Origin: the human T2T-CHM13v2.0 reference genome, Homo sapiens
DNA: 64,000 nt
Direction: 5' to 3' (one strand)
Assembly (NCBI RefSeq): GCF_009914755.1
Contig: NC_060925.1
The position numbers were made by a program, and so were the translations under genes. Within the stretch, counting starts at the first letter, position 1. Every line of letters starts with the position of its first letter. Below the pieces are notes generated by a model, which did no database searches, was not told the origin of the DNA, and worked only from the letters and a program-made list of their open reading frames with translations. Shown here one piece after another: positions 32,871-51,101 of this stretch.

Positions 32871-33176
32871 TTTTTTTTTTTTTTTTGAGACAGAGATTCG
32901 CTTTTGGTGACCAGTCTGGAGTGCAATGGCGTGATCTAGGCTCTAGGCTCACCACAACCTCTGCCTCCCGGGTTCAAGCGATTCTCCTGCCTCAGCCTCC
33001 CAAGTAGCTGGGATTACAGGCATGTGCCACCACGCCCAGCTAATTTTGTATTTTTTAGTAAAGACAAGGTTTCTCTATGTTGGCCAGGCTGGTCTCAAAC
33101 TCCCGACCTCAGGTGATCCGCCCCCGTCGGCCTTTGAAAGTGCTGGGATTACAGGTGTGAGCCACCGCGCCTGGCC
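32871..33176 (-). mobile_element. Alu (S-type)
   Basis: Dimer. Confidence 0.95.
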
Positions 33177-33232
33177 CATAGTTCTTATATCATATGCACA
33201 GCAGTGTATTTTGTAAAAGAAATGCATTCCAA

Positions 33233-33545
<313 letters not shown>

Positions 33546-33964
33546 AAGAAATGCATTCCAAATCTCAAGTCCATTGATGCGTTGAAAAAACAGGATCAAA
33601 TGTTTTATTTCAGTTTCTATCAAATACTTACCTGGATTCAATGTCTATTAAACCTTTGTTCTACGGGAACATTACTAATACCTCCCTGCATCCTCACTTG
33701 AATGGATATAAATTAAATGAAAGAACTAGTATCCCTTTAAGAGTCTGTGGAGCCCTATGCACTCTCAATGGGTTAGCTCATTAAGTCTCACAACAACACT
33801 TTAACTTAGATATGATTTTTCTCATTTTGCAGGTGAATAAACTGAGCCTTGTTCAACCAGTGAATTGAAAAACTAGAATATGGATTGGAAACTTCCATAC
33901 TCCAAAACTTACACTTTCTTACTAACAATAAACATTTTTCCCATATACAAGTAATGTATTTTTG

Positions 33965-34325
<361 letters not shown>

Positions 34326-34518
34326 TTAGTTATTTTTAAAAGAAAAACATTAGACAACCTATATTTTGCAGTTTATTTGAGCAAATACCTAACTGGGCAG
34401 GACTCACAACTGAAGGAGGTTCAGAGAGCTCCTCTCTAAAATGTGGGCTCCTAAATTATTTACATTTTTTGGTAAAGACAGGGTCTCGCTTTTTTGCCCA
34501 GGCTGATCTTGAACTCCT

Positions 34519-35104
<586 letters not shown>

Positions 35105-35107
35105 CTA

Positions 35108-35446
<339 letters not shown>

Positions 35447-35649
35447 TTAGACATGGTCTGATAAGTTGGTCGCCTTTCCTTGGCTGAAGTTCGGCGCTAG
35501 TGTTTGGCTGAGACTCTTGCCGTTTGTTATACTCCTAGATTAGGTTTGCCATTTGTTTATGTTCTAAATTAAGTTGCAGTTTGTTACCCAGGAACTGAAG
35601 GTATAGATTCAGGCTCATGCCAAACTAAACAGCCACAATCCCACCACTA

Positions 35650-35868
35650 CAAATTGAGCATCCCTTATCTGAAATGCTTGGGACCTGAAGTGCTTTGAGT
35701 TTCAATTTTTTTCCCCGGATTTTGGAACATTCGAATTTTACTGGTTGAGCATCCCTAATTTGAAAATCCAAAGGCTAAAAGGATCCAATGAGTATTTTAT
35801 TTGAGCGTCATGTTAGTGCTCAAAAAAGTTTTGCATTTCAGATGTTTGGATTAGGGCTCGTCAGTCTG
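35650..35868 (+). mobile_element. Tigger4a/MER46-type DNA transposon MITE
   Basis: ttgagcatcccttatctgaaatgcttgggacc..ttgagcatccctaat..tttgagcgtcatgttagtgctcaaaaaagtttt. Confidence 0.8.
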
Positions 35869-36144
35869 TGTTACCATTTTAGTATTCCCTTTTTTTTCTG
35901 CTTAATTGAGATCATCTACATGTAAATTTTCCATATTGCTTATTTAATATTATATCTAAATATTTTAATAAAATTAAATTATTTATAAATTATTTAATGA
36001 CTATATAACCACTAAATTATTTAATGACTATTTTAACCAACCCCTCTTATTAGACATTTCAATTATTGTCAGAGATGAACTATTATAAAGAAAATATAAA
36101 AAAAAGTATTATGTAAAAACATCCATATATTCTGAATATTTTCA

Positions 36145-36484
<340 letters not shown>

Positions 36485-36619
36485 GATAAATTATGAGGGG
36501 TGGCCCTAGATTTTTAGATATCCAACTTTTATATAATACTAGTTTTCTCATGTTCACCTTCTTAGCCACCTATTCTAAGCTAAATTGGGAATTTCATACA
36601 TCAATTGAAAAATATTTCA

Positions 36620-37006
<387 letters not shown>

Positions 37007-38385
37007 TTAATACCCCTCAGAGGGGGTCCAAGACATATCCAAGCATAGTTTGAAACCACAGGGTCTTCAAACAAATCACATTGTAAGCCTAGCACCTTGG
37101 TCCTCTGCTATTCTGCATGGGTGCACCATTCTGCATCCCCTTTGCCCAGAAAAAAAATTCCAGATATTCTCCAAACTCCAGCACATTTTCATGAGAGCTT
37201 TTATTCATCTCTATGACAGGAAGTATTCATGAGTGATTTAAATATTTTATGGAATTTATCCTAATTATTTTACTGAAATGCATAGAAGGTAAAAAAAATA
37301 ATAATATGGAAGGTAGAAAAAAGAAATTATTAGATACAGCCAAAGTGCCAGGTGGAGTCCCTAAGACACAAATTAGTGAATTATTCCCTAAGCATTATGT
37401 CTACCAGCAATTTTTACCCCTCATTCTGATCCTTACGATATTTCAGTTCTTTGACTATGTGCTTAATAATAAAAACTAAAATCAGGAGACGCGTGAAATG
37501 CCGAAAATGCATTGTAAAAAATGTATCTAAAAAGTGAGGTGTAATTTAGGGATGTTACATGATTTTAGCAACCTGGTAATAGAAACTTCCTCTCAGAACT
37601 ATTTATTAGCATGGTGCCCTGTAACCTGTCCGCCTGGGGATTACCTGTGGGCTTTCCAAGGATATAAATTCCTCTGCCTCAACAGGGATAAGGGTTGGAA
37701 CCAGAAATGGTATTTAAACAAATTCCTCAGAGGGATCTTGGCCACTTTAAAATCTGAGAACAATTGCCCTTAATTTTTATTTTCCTAGGGGTCAGTCTTC
37801 ACATGTTTGGCTTTTGAGTGGGTTTTCAGAAACGTGTAACAAACTTGAGGGATGTCTGTATAGTACGTAGCACGATTAAAGGCTATTCATACACAGATTC
37901 AAATTGCTTGAAAATGTATTTTCCCATATTGCCATCCCATCACGTATGAGATGCCCAGTAGTATCATTCATTGAAATGGAAGATTTCGTCATTTGCCCAA
38001 TTTAGGGTTTGTTGTTGTGTTTGTCATAGTTGTTGTAATGAGAATGACTTGACAATTACATGTGTGTGTTTAAAAGAAAACAATGGTTGTGCTTTACCAA
38101 TAGATTTGCTTATCGATTCCTCTTGCCATCCACTCTTCCATCCTGGAGGAGTAAGAGTGTGGATGCTGAGGTTCAGATGCACACTCTGATATCCCAAGGG
38201 AAGACCCTGGGCAAACTGCCTCAAGTTAGCTGTTTGCATCCACATCCTTGGAGCATTTTCTGCAAAGTTTATCTTAGACATCTGTTTGCTATTCTGCAAT
38301 CTGTTTACTTACTGTTTATTTGTGTATGCTCTACTCCTTTAACTCTTAAGATCTTAGTATTTTTCCCAAATCTATGCAGTGGCTC

Positions 38386-38672
38386 TTTTTTTCTGAGACA
38401 GAGTCTTACTCTATCGCCCAGGCTGTAGAGCAGTGGTGCGATCATGGCTCACTGTAGCCTAGAGCTCCTAGGCTCAAGCAATCCTCCCACTCAAACTCCT
38501 GAGTAGCTGGGGCTACAGGCGCATGCCACCATGTCCAGCTAGTATTTTTATTTTGTGGAGACAAGGTCTCATTATGTTGCCAGGCTAGTCTCAAACTCCT
38601 GGGCTCCAGTGATCCGCCCACCTTGGCCTCCCAAAGTGCTGGGATGATAGGCGTGAGCCACCACTCCTGGCC
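38386..38672 (-). mobile_element. Alu (J-type)
   Basis: Dimer. Confidence 0.92.
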
Positions 38673-38978
38673 ATGCAACAGCTCTTTATATCATAATATT
38701 AACCTTTTCCACATGTATTATATTTTCCCAGTATATTGCTTCTCTATACATTTACCTATGCTGAATTGAAAAGATATCATTGAGGTTTTAAAGCATATGT
38801 TGTCAATATATCAATATTTTTCTTTGTTGTTTATTTTATTGTTTTACAATTTGGAATCAATTTCTCATCCAGGGTTGAAGTCAATTTGGGCCTATATTTT
38901 CTTCTATTCATTACTTTAATTATAGCATTTAACATTTTAATTTAATAAAAGTAATTTATTAAGGTAAGGTAGATTTTA

Positions 38979-39349
<371 letters not shown>

Positions 39350-40415
39350 TTAGTACAAGGTAATAGTGTTGTATCCTGAATAATACTTCGCCACTGATTT
39401 ATAGTTGATTAGATTTTTATATATGTGCTAGATTATATATAGAATACATATAGATTATTTTATACATATATACATATATAGATCAATACAATTTCCCTGC
39501 TTTAATCAGCCCTTATCTAACCAAATACTGATCCTGATCCTACTGGCTATGAGGACTTTCACAGTAATATTGACATTAGTAAGCAGCTTTGGTTGTTTTC
39601 CTCCTGGTTTAACGGTAATGACTCATTACCACGAAACAATGTTTCCCCCATTAAGTATAGAGTGGGCTCTGGGTTTCATATAATGGATATTTGTGAATTA
39701 TGATAAGACAACGTTCTGGTTTTGGGGGATAAGAGAGTATTTTGAACATGTAGTCAGTGTGCTCTCTTTCTCACACTCATTCCGTAAGAGCCACCCCTGC
39801 TTTCGGGTAGGGTTGTAACAACAGGAAGAGGAGAGAAAGAATTTATTCAGAGCCCAGCTTTTGAGTTTCAAAATAGATCTTCATTTGTCTTCCAAACCAG
39901 AACACTTTTGATTGTGAAAGGAGGCACCATTAATAATTATGCTGGGACAACAGGCGTAAACCTGGCCTGAGAGACAGTCACCCTAGCCACAAACAACAGA
40001 GCTGGAATAATGCATGAACATGCAAGAGGATGTTTTTCTTGCCGAAGAGAAAAAAATGATCAGAGCTGCGAGAGACAGAGTAGTCTGAGGAAAAGCATGA
40101 AGTTGGGAATTGTTTAGCATCCCTCAGAACAGGCCCCCAGCAGATATTGCAGTGGAACCCATGCTTACCCCTCGGTGGACTTAGGATAGCAAGCCCCCTC
40201 TTGCAGTTATTCTTATCCTGTTAGTATGAAGCTGACATGGCTGAGGGCGTTAGGCACAGGAGGCTCCAGCAGCCTCTCGAGGGCCAATTCCAGTGCTGGG
40301 TGGCATCAGAAGCAACCAATGGAGAGAGGCCCAAGCATGCCAGGAGGCTTCCAGAGGCTCCTTGGTTGGAGAACAGGAGGATGAGGTAGCAGATGAGCTT
40401 CTCTCCCTTGCTTCA

Positions 40416-40910
<495 letters not shown>

Positions 40911-40923
40911 AAAATATATAGAC

Positions 40924-41561
<638 letters not shown>

Positions 41562-41739
41562 GCACAGACTCTTTGTTCAGATAAATGCACAGTCACATAC
41601 ATGACTTAAATTTATATCTAATTGTTGGTGTCCATGACTCTATTTGGAATTGTTGGAATGCAGGTAGAAAGCCATAGCTCTCATTTATTCTCCAGAAAGC
41701 TTTCTGACAGGTTGCTCAAAAAACAAATATAAAAATGTC

Positions 41740-42320
41740 ATGGCTGTGGCTTAAAATTTTGAATGAATACCTCATTGCCTACAAGACAAGGTATAAATTT
41801 CTGTAACATTATAGTCAGAGCTCTTCTCAACATGACTCTAATTTACTTTGCCAGTCTTCTTTCCTGACACGTCCTGACCACACACACACATCTGTTCTCT
41901 AGCTCCTCCAAACAATTTGACCTCTCAAACAAGCACACACATGACTTCCGCCCTTTCCTCATCCTCTTCTCTCAGCCTAGGTATGCCCTCCTTCCAATTT
42001 TTCACCTGTCTAAATCCTCTTCATTCAACAAGGCCCTGTTCAAATATCATTTCCTCTGTTAATCCCTTTCTGTCATCAAAGACTGAATTGATTCCTCCTC
42101 TCTAGTTTGTCCCAAGGCAGTTTGCTCAGATCACTGTTATGTCAATTTATTTCCTATTGCAGTTAAATATACACATGCCTGTGGGTATTTCACATAGATG
42201 CATGCGCCTGTCTCCCGTACTCCAATATGAACGCTTTTAGACAATGACCTTATATGTTTTATTTTTGCTTCTCCAGTGCCTTGATATGATGGGTGTACCA
42301 GAAAAGTTTGTTAAATGAAT
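41740..42320 (-). mobile_element. L2 remnant (3' region)
   Basis: cctcattgcctac..ttcaaatatcatttcctctgt..ccagtgcct..gtttgttaaatgaat. Confidence 0.5.
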
Positions 42321-43203
42321 TAAAAAAAAAGAAAGAAATTATAGAGAAAGGATAATGCATCAGATTCCTAGATAAATCAGTAAGAACCTAGGCTGTGTCA
42401 ATAGAATAGTAGAATTGAAAAAGGGGAGAAATAAAGGAGATCCGTGGCATGGTTTGGATAGAGGAAATAAGAGAAATGGGACCCAAAAGCCCTTTGGTAC
42501 CCACGATGGGACTGAATGGTGGCACTGGAAAGGAGATGGGAAAGGCACTGGGAGGAGATGGGAAGAGCAGCATTGGCGAGAGGGTCAAGATGGAGTGGGC
42601 AAAGGTAGGTGTGGAGTTCTGCTGGGTCTCAGGTGACAGCAGGGCAGATAGAAGAGGTCCCAGCAGATATAAAACACGTGAGTCTGGGGCTTGGGTGACA
42701 CTGAGAGCTACCTACTTAAAATTTGTGCATGATGTCCTGGGAGATGAACTCAAGAAAGACAACATGTGGGAAAAAAGAAGGGAATCGAAGCCAGAGACTT
42801 GGGTGATAACATTTAAGGGTTGGAAGAAAAAAGTAAACCCAACAACTAGATAAAGACAGCAAAATCAGATACAGAATTTCCTAAATTGTACCTAGAACTC
42901 TAATGATAACGGATCCTGGAAATTCCAGTTTGTATCCTTTCATCCCCTGAAATACTGATTTGGGGGGACGTAGAAGGTGAAAGAATGGATACCAAATGCC
43001 AATTGACCTATTCAATGTTTTGGAATTAAGAGGTTACATTTGACCCATGAGAGAGCAGTTTTAGTAAGGTGGGAAGATGAAAAAGCAAGTTGAATAGGTA
43101 AGAAATGAAGAGGAAGAAGGAAGAGAAGCACCGGGGGTAGACAGTCCTTTTGCAAAGGTTGCATCCTTTTCTTGAAGAATCTACAGGATCTCCTAAGGAT
43201 TAG

Positions 43204-43740
<537 letters not shown>

Positions 43741-43855
43741 AGGAGTTGCTGCTCTTATCAATTTTGCTCCATGCCTTTTTGAGCAAGCATCCCCGATTAA
43801 GCACCAATTTCTTAACTTGGTGTTGTATACGTTTTATCTTAATTAGGTGAGGTGT

Positions 43856-44563
<708 letters not shown>

Positions 44564-44654
44564 TCCCATGACAGGTGTTTTTGACCAAGAAAAGGCACCC
44601 TGTTTATATTTTATTATTTAAGAAGGCAAATTTTGAAGCATGTTAAAGGACTGA

Positions 44655-45028
<374 letters not shown>

Positions 45029-45692
45029 GCTTGCTTAGGTTTAGATAGCTAATGAGTGGTAAGGGATTCCACTGAGTTCTAACCCAGCATTCTATCTACT
45101 TCCCCCGCCCCCATTCCTCAGCACCACTTCTGCGTGTCATTCTAAGTTTGCACGCCTCTTCGTATATGAGAATGATTCTTACAGCTTCTGGTGATTGGAT
45201 GCTTTATTCAATAGAGCTGTTATTTCCCTGGGGCTGAAAGGCAGAGACATAGGCAGTTTTACAAGAGAGATTGAAAAATATAACAACGACACAAAAGGGT
45301 GGGGCTGTCCCAAGAGGACTGCTTGCTACTGTGTGCTTGCTTCAAATCTCCACTAACTCCTCATAAAACCTGGGACTGGAATTCTCCAGGCCCCACGGCT
45401 GCTATCACAGCTGCCTGTACCACACATGTGCCTCCCTGATGTGGCAAGGGTGGCCATATGTGGCTTATTAATAAACTTTCTCTGTCTTACAGATTGCCTC
45501 GAAGATGCCAGATTTCCCCAAAGACTCTGTTTGCTGGACTCTCTCCCTCTTTAAGTTTCCAGTAGCTATAAACACAGCCATCTCTGTCTTAATTCTTAAT
45601 GACTGGAGGTAAAAGATTCTGCTGCTCTAATGCATTCAATCTAAACAGGTGATCTATTATTACAATGGATTAAGTTAAACAGTGTATCACTT

Positions 45693-46639
45693 TGATATGG
45701 TTTGGCTGTGTCCCCACCCAAATCTCATCTTGAATTACAGCTCACGTAATACCCTCGTGTTATAGGAGGGCTCCAGTGGGAGATAATTGAATCATAGGGA
45801 CGGTTTCCCCCATACTGATCTCGTGGTAGTGAGTAAGTCTCATGAGATCTGATGGTTTTGTTTTTCGTTTTTTGTTTTTTGTGGTTTTTTGCCTGGGAAT
45901 GAGAAAATAAATTTATTTCGTTGTGGGGAGCAGGCTGATGTCCAGCCTCAGAGCTCCTGGAACTGCTTCTTGGTGCTGGCGGCCTTGGTGACCTTGAGCA
46001 CATCGAAGCGCACCGTCTTGCTCAGGGGCTGGCACTCGCCCACTGTGACGATGTCACTGATCTGGACGTCCCTGAAGCAGGGGGACAGTTGTACGGACAT
46101 GTTCTTGTGGCCCTTCTTGAAGCGGTTGTACTTGCAGATGTAGTGCAGTCTCGGCAGATGACAATGATCCTCTGCATCTTCGTCTTGGTCACCACGCCAG
46201 AGAGGACCCACCCTCGAATGGAGACATTCCCAGTGAAGGGGCATTTCTTGTCAATGTGGGCGCCCTCAATAGCCTCTTGAAGCCCAGACTGATGTTCTTG
46301 TAGTACAACGGGGACTTCTCCTGCCAGTGTCTCCCAGCAGGACCCTCTTCTTGTTTTGAAAGGTGGTCGGCTGCTTTTAGTAGGCACCGTCTGTCTGAGT
46401 GACCGCCGTCTTCCCGGCCGCCTGAAAAAAGGGTCTGACGGTTTTATAAAAGGAAAGTCCTTTCACTTGGCTCTCATTCTCTCTTGTCTGCCACCATGTA
46501 AGATGTGACTTTTACCCTCTGCCATGATTGTGAGGCCTCCCAGCCACGTGGAACTGTGAGTCCATTACACCTCTTTTTCTTTATAAATTTCCCAGTCTCG
46601 GGTATGCCTTTATCAGCCGTGTGAAAATGGACTAACATA
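45693..46639 (+). mobile_element. THE1 (THE1C-like) MaLR solo LTR interrupted by the RPS11 retrocopy
   Basis: Begins TGATATGGTTTGGCTGTGTCCCCACCCAAATCTCATCTTGAATT, ends GTGAAAATGGACTAACATA. 5-bp TSD CACTT at 45688-45692 and 46640-46644. Confidence 0.9.
45860..46433 (-). pseudogene. RPS11: Processed pseudogene of 40S ribosomal protein S11 (uS17), full length
   Basis: Minus-strand frames give [36 protein letters not shown] and [53 protein letters not shown]. No introns. 5' TOP-like CCCTTTTTTCAGGCGGCCGGGAAG. Start mutated to ACG (46407-46409), early TAA and frameshifts. AATAAA at 45912-45917, degenerate poly(A) 45860-45890, TSD TCTGA(T/C)GGTTTT at 45848-45859 and 46434-46445. Symbol is the parent gene. 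Confidence 0.96.
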
Positions 46640-46689
46640 CACTTCTTTCTTCATTGTCTTCTGTGAGACAGTAGATTTTGGAGGTTAAG

Positions 46690-46910
46690 GGAATTTGATT
46701 TGCATTTCTGGCTCCGCCTGTTCTTACTAGGTGTATAACATTTGGCAAGTTACCTAGCCATCCTAATACTGTTTTTCTTATCTCTAAAGTGGGGATAATA
46801 ACAGTCTTCTCCTGAAGGTTATTGTGAGGATTAAATGAAAAGATGTAGGTGACACTAGTTGTGTAGTCTGAGACAGAATATGTACTCAATAAATGTTAGC
46901 TGTTATCATT
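46690..46910. mobile_element. MIR remnant
   Basis: ggcaagttacct..tctctaaagtggggataata..gttattgtgaggattaaatga..ctcaataaatgttagct. Confidence 0.65.
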
Positions 46911-47044
46911 AGTATACATCTTGGAGGAGGTTGGGAACGAACATGGGAAAAGTAACTAAGAATTAGCTTTTGGATCCTACCAAGCTGCTGGAGTTTGGGT
47001 CTTAAGTTTTCAACTTGATATGTCATATATAAAATTCTTTTGCG

Positions 47045-47182
47045 AACTACCTATCAGGTACTATGATTACTACTTGGGTGACTGGATCATTAGAAGCCCA
47101 AACTTCAACATCAAGCTATAGACTCATGTAATAAACCTACACATGTACCCCGTGAATCTAAAATTACAAAACAAATAAATAA
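47045..47182 (+). mobile_element. L1 3'-end fragment (L1PB/L1MA-like)
   Basis: aactacctatcaggtactatg..catgtaataaacctacacatgtacccc.tgaatctaaaa followed by A-rich tail. Confidence 0.75.
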
Positions 47183-47189
47183 TTCATTA

Positions 47190-47495
<306 letters not shown>

Positions 47496-47505
47496 ATGAA
47501 ATTCT

Positions 47506-47800
47506 TTTTTTTTATTTTTTGAGACACAGCCTCACTCTGTCACCCAGGCTGGAGGGTAGTGAGCTCGGCTCACTGCAACCTCTGTCTCCTGGGTTGAAGT
47601 GATTCTCCTGCCTCAGCCTCCTGAGTACCTGTGATTAATGGCATCCACCACCACACCCAGCTAATTTTTTTCTATTTTTATTAGAGAAGGGGTTTCACGA
47701 TGTTGATCAGGCTGGTCTGGAACTCCTGACCTCAGGTGATCCGCCCCCACTTGGCCTCCCAAAGTGCTGAGATTACAAGCATGAGCCACCGCGCCCGGCC
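47506..47800 (-). mobile_element. Alu (S-type)
   Basis: Dimer. Confidence 0.93.
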
Positions 47801-48319
47801 TAAAGTTATTTTTCGGGTGGCTCATCCCCTTTCCTAGCTCATCCTTATTATATGAATGTGTTTGATATTTCTTTCCCATTTTTGCCAGTCTCTTTTTATT
47901 ATTATGAAATAATTCTGGCATATAAAAAGTATGGAGAACAGTACAATTAGTAAGCATGTTCCCATAACCTACATTACGGGTAGGTTATGGGTACATGCTT
48001 TACAAAGCATTACAAAACATAGTTAAAATCTGAAAGTTTCTGTACACGATCCCCTAAACCTCTCCCAGGTCATCAATCTAAAAAGTCCTACACACCTTTA
48101 TTCCATCTTAAAATGAAAATTCTGGCAGGAGCTTACCATTTGGACAAAACTTCAAAATGGTAGTTCTGTTTGAGAGCTAGTAAAGGAAGACGGCAATGAA
48201 TAAAGGCAATGAATATAACTGGGCCTCAAACTCTGAAAATTTTGTTTTCCTAATTGGGATTGTTCATCAGCTCAGAGAGAAAACTGCAGCCACCATTTTT
48301 CTCTCATCCACAATATTCA

Positions 48320-48905
<586 letters not shown>

Positions 48906-49269
48906 TTGCGAAGACTTGACAATGTTCCAGAAGGCCTGATGTCCAGTCTTCAGCTTTTGGGTGAGAAGGAAGCGATGAAGCGGGAGGATAATATCAAGGC
49001 ATTGCTTCAAGGACCAAGGCTTCTGCCTGGAAACTTGCAGCATGAAATATACAGTCTCAGCACTTCTGTCTCCCTACCTAAACCGTTTACTTCCCGGGGC
49101 TATACGTGGACAGAAGTACACCCTCCGACCAGAATGCTGAAAAAGTTGACAGCCAAGCTTGAGTCTTATTTATACTGGTGTTCTCAATCCTTCCTACTGC
49201 CCAGTGATTTTCAAAGCCATATGCATAAATTAGGTACTTCATTAAAGGTGTTTCAGGGATACCTGAAAT

Positions 49270-49809
49270 GTGTCTGAATCAGGTATGGTAAGGCACGCAG
49301 ACATGGAAACGACTGTCATGAGGGAAGATGTTATTTGTACTTACAGATCCCTGGAAACAGGGGCTACAGCAGGCCAGACAGGGCCACATGGGGAAGGACT
49401 GGGGTCTGTCGGGACACAGAGGGAGCGAGGGGTAAACAGGGGCAAGAGACTTTGCTGTGGTTCTGCTGGAAGGAACAGGCTAGGCAGGGTAAGTAGGCTG
49501 AGCAGGTTCAGGGTCAGCTGGTTTGAATAATTTCAGTGGGCCTTGGGGTTGGGGGTGATGCCCCTAGTTTTGGTAACTGGTCCTGAGGTAAACAGGACAC
49601 ATGGTGGATAGTGGCCCTGAGTGCGAGAGCCTTGAGAGAGCCCGAGGAAGGAGGCGGTTGGGAGTCTGGGCTATGGCTTGGTTGGTTTGCACATGTGAGG
49701 TGTGCTGTGAGGCAAAATGTTCTCTACCTCTAGGAATTTGCTAGCCCTGAGAGGAGGCCTCTTTCCAGGGTCAGTAAGGCCCCAAGATGTCAAAGGATCA
49801 AACGTACAA
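49270..49809 (-). mobile_element. ERVL-class LTR (MER74/MER54-like)
   Basis: Reverse complement reads tttgacatcttggggccttactgaccctgga..agggctagcaaattcctagag..tgcaaaccaaccaa..ctgaaattattcaaac. Confidence 0.65.
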
Positions 49810-49822
49810 AAAAGGATCGCTG

Positions 49823-49897
49823 GAGGCCAGGAGTTTGAGACCAGCCTGGGCAACACAGTGAGGCCCCATCTACACAAAAAATAAAAACTAAAAAAAA
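49823..49897 (+). mobile_element. 5'-truncated Alu monomer
   Basis: gaggccaggagtttgagaccagcctgggcaac plus A tail. Confidence 0.8.
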
Positions 49898-49994
49898 GAC
49901 ATGATTAAAACAGTTTTTGAAATGGAGATGGAGTAGCTGACTGATACAGTTTTTCTGTGCTCATTCTATTGTGAGGCAAAAAGTAGAATATTTA

Positions 49995-50288
49995 GGCCGG
50001 GTGCAGCGGCTCACGCCTGTAATCCCAACACTTTGGGAGGCCGAGGCGGGCAGATCATCTGAGGTCGGGAGTTCATGACCAGCCTGAGCAACATGGAGAA
50101 ACCCTGTCTCTATTAAAAATACAAAATTAGCCGGGTGTGGTGGCGCATGCCTGTAATCCCAGCTACTCAGGAGGCTGAGGCAGGAGAATTACTGGAACCC
50201 AGGTGGCAGAGTTGCAATGAACTGAGATTGCACCATTGCACTCCAGCCTGGGCAAAAAGAGTGAAACTCTGTCTAAGAAAAAAAAAAA
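49995..50288 (+). mobile_element. Alu (Sp-like)
   Basis: Dimer; TSD agaatattt. Confidence 0.95.
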
Positions 50289-50427
50289 GAATATTTGCCC
50301 ATAATTCATACTCTCTCTCTCTCTCCTTTTCCTTCCCTTCTTTACATGTCTAGTTTGGTGCTTGGTACATAATGGGCATTCAAAAGTATTCAGTTTTCTT
50401 CCCTTTACATTTAAATATAATAATTTT

Positions 50428-50759
50428 GGCCAGGCGCGGTGGCTCATGCCTGTAATCCCAGTACTTTGGGAGGCTGAGGTGAGTGGATCACTTGAGGCCA
50501 GGAGTTTGAGACCAGCCTGTTCAACACGGTGAAACCCTGTCACTACTAAAAATACAAAAATTAGCCAGGTGTGGTGGCGCATGCTTGTAATCCCAGCTAC
50601 TCGGGAGGCTGAGGCAGAAGAATTGCTTGAACCTGGGAAGCAGGTTGCAGTAAGTCAAGATCATGCCACTGCGCTCCAGCCTAGGCAACAGAGTGAGACT
50701 TTATCTCAATAATAATAATAATAGCAACAGAGTGAGACTTTATCTCAATAATAATAATA
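50428..50759 (+). mobile_element. Alu (S-type) with duplicated 3' end
   Basis: Dimer plus 39-bp-period tandem copy of its terminus. Confidence 0.95.
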
Positions 50760-50911
50760 CTTTTGAATTAGTAGATATAAACTAGTTTCTGTGTGAAAGT
50801 GGATTCATTAGAACATGTAATATTATTAAATGATTGTCTCTGCACTTGTGGAAATTAGCATTTCTGGCATACTAAAGCAAAGAAATGTGATAATAGTGGA
50901 TTGTGTTTATT

Positions 50912-51099
50912 AGAGTTGTCAGGTAAAAATAGGGCATAGAATGGCCAATTAAATTTGAATTTCAGGTAAACAACAAAAATGTTTATGTATGTCCCAAATA
51001 TTGCATGAGACATACTCGGGCTAAAAAATATATATATTTGTTGCTTTCTTGAAATTAATATTTAACTGGAAATTCTGTACTTTTATTTACTGACACCTT
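50912..51099. mobile_element. MER53 palindromic hAT MITE
   Basis: aattaaatttgaatttcaggtaaacaac..gtatgtcccaaatattgcatgagacatac..ttgttg..atttaactgg; internal palindrome. Confidence 0.7.
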
Positions 51100-51101
51100 A
51101 A

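Noticed and set aside
33620-33730. Minus-strand CAG|GTAAGT with possible upstream acceptor
   Set aside because: Weak acceptor and no coding signal; not supportable from sequence alone.
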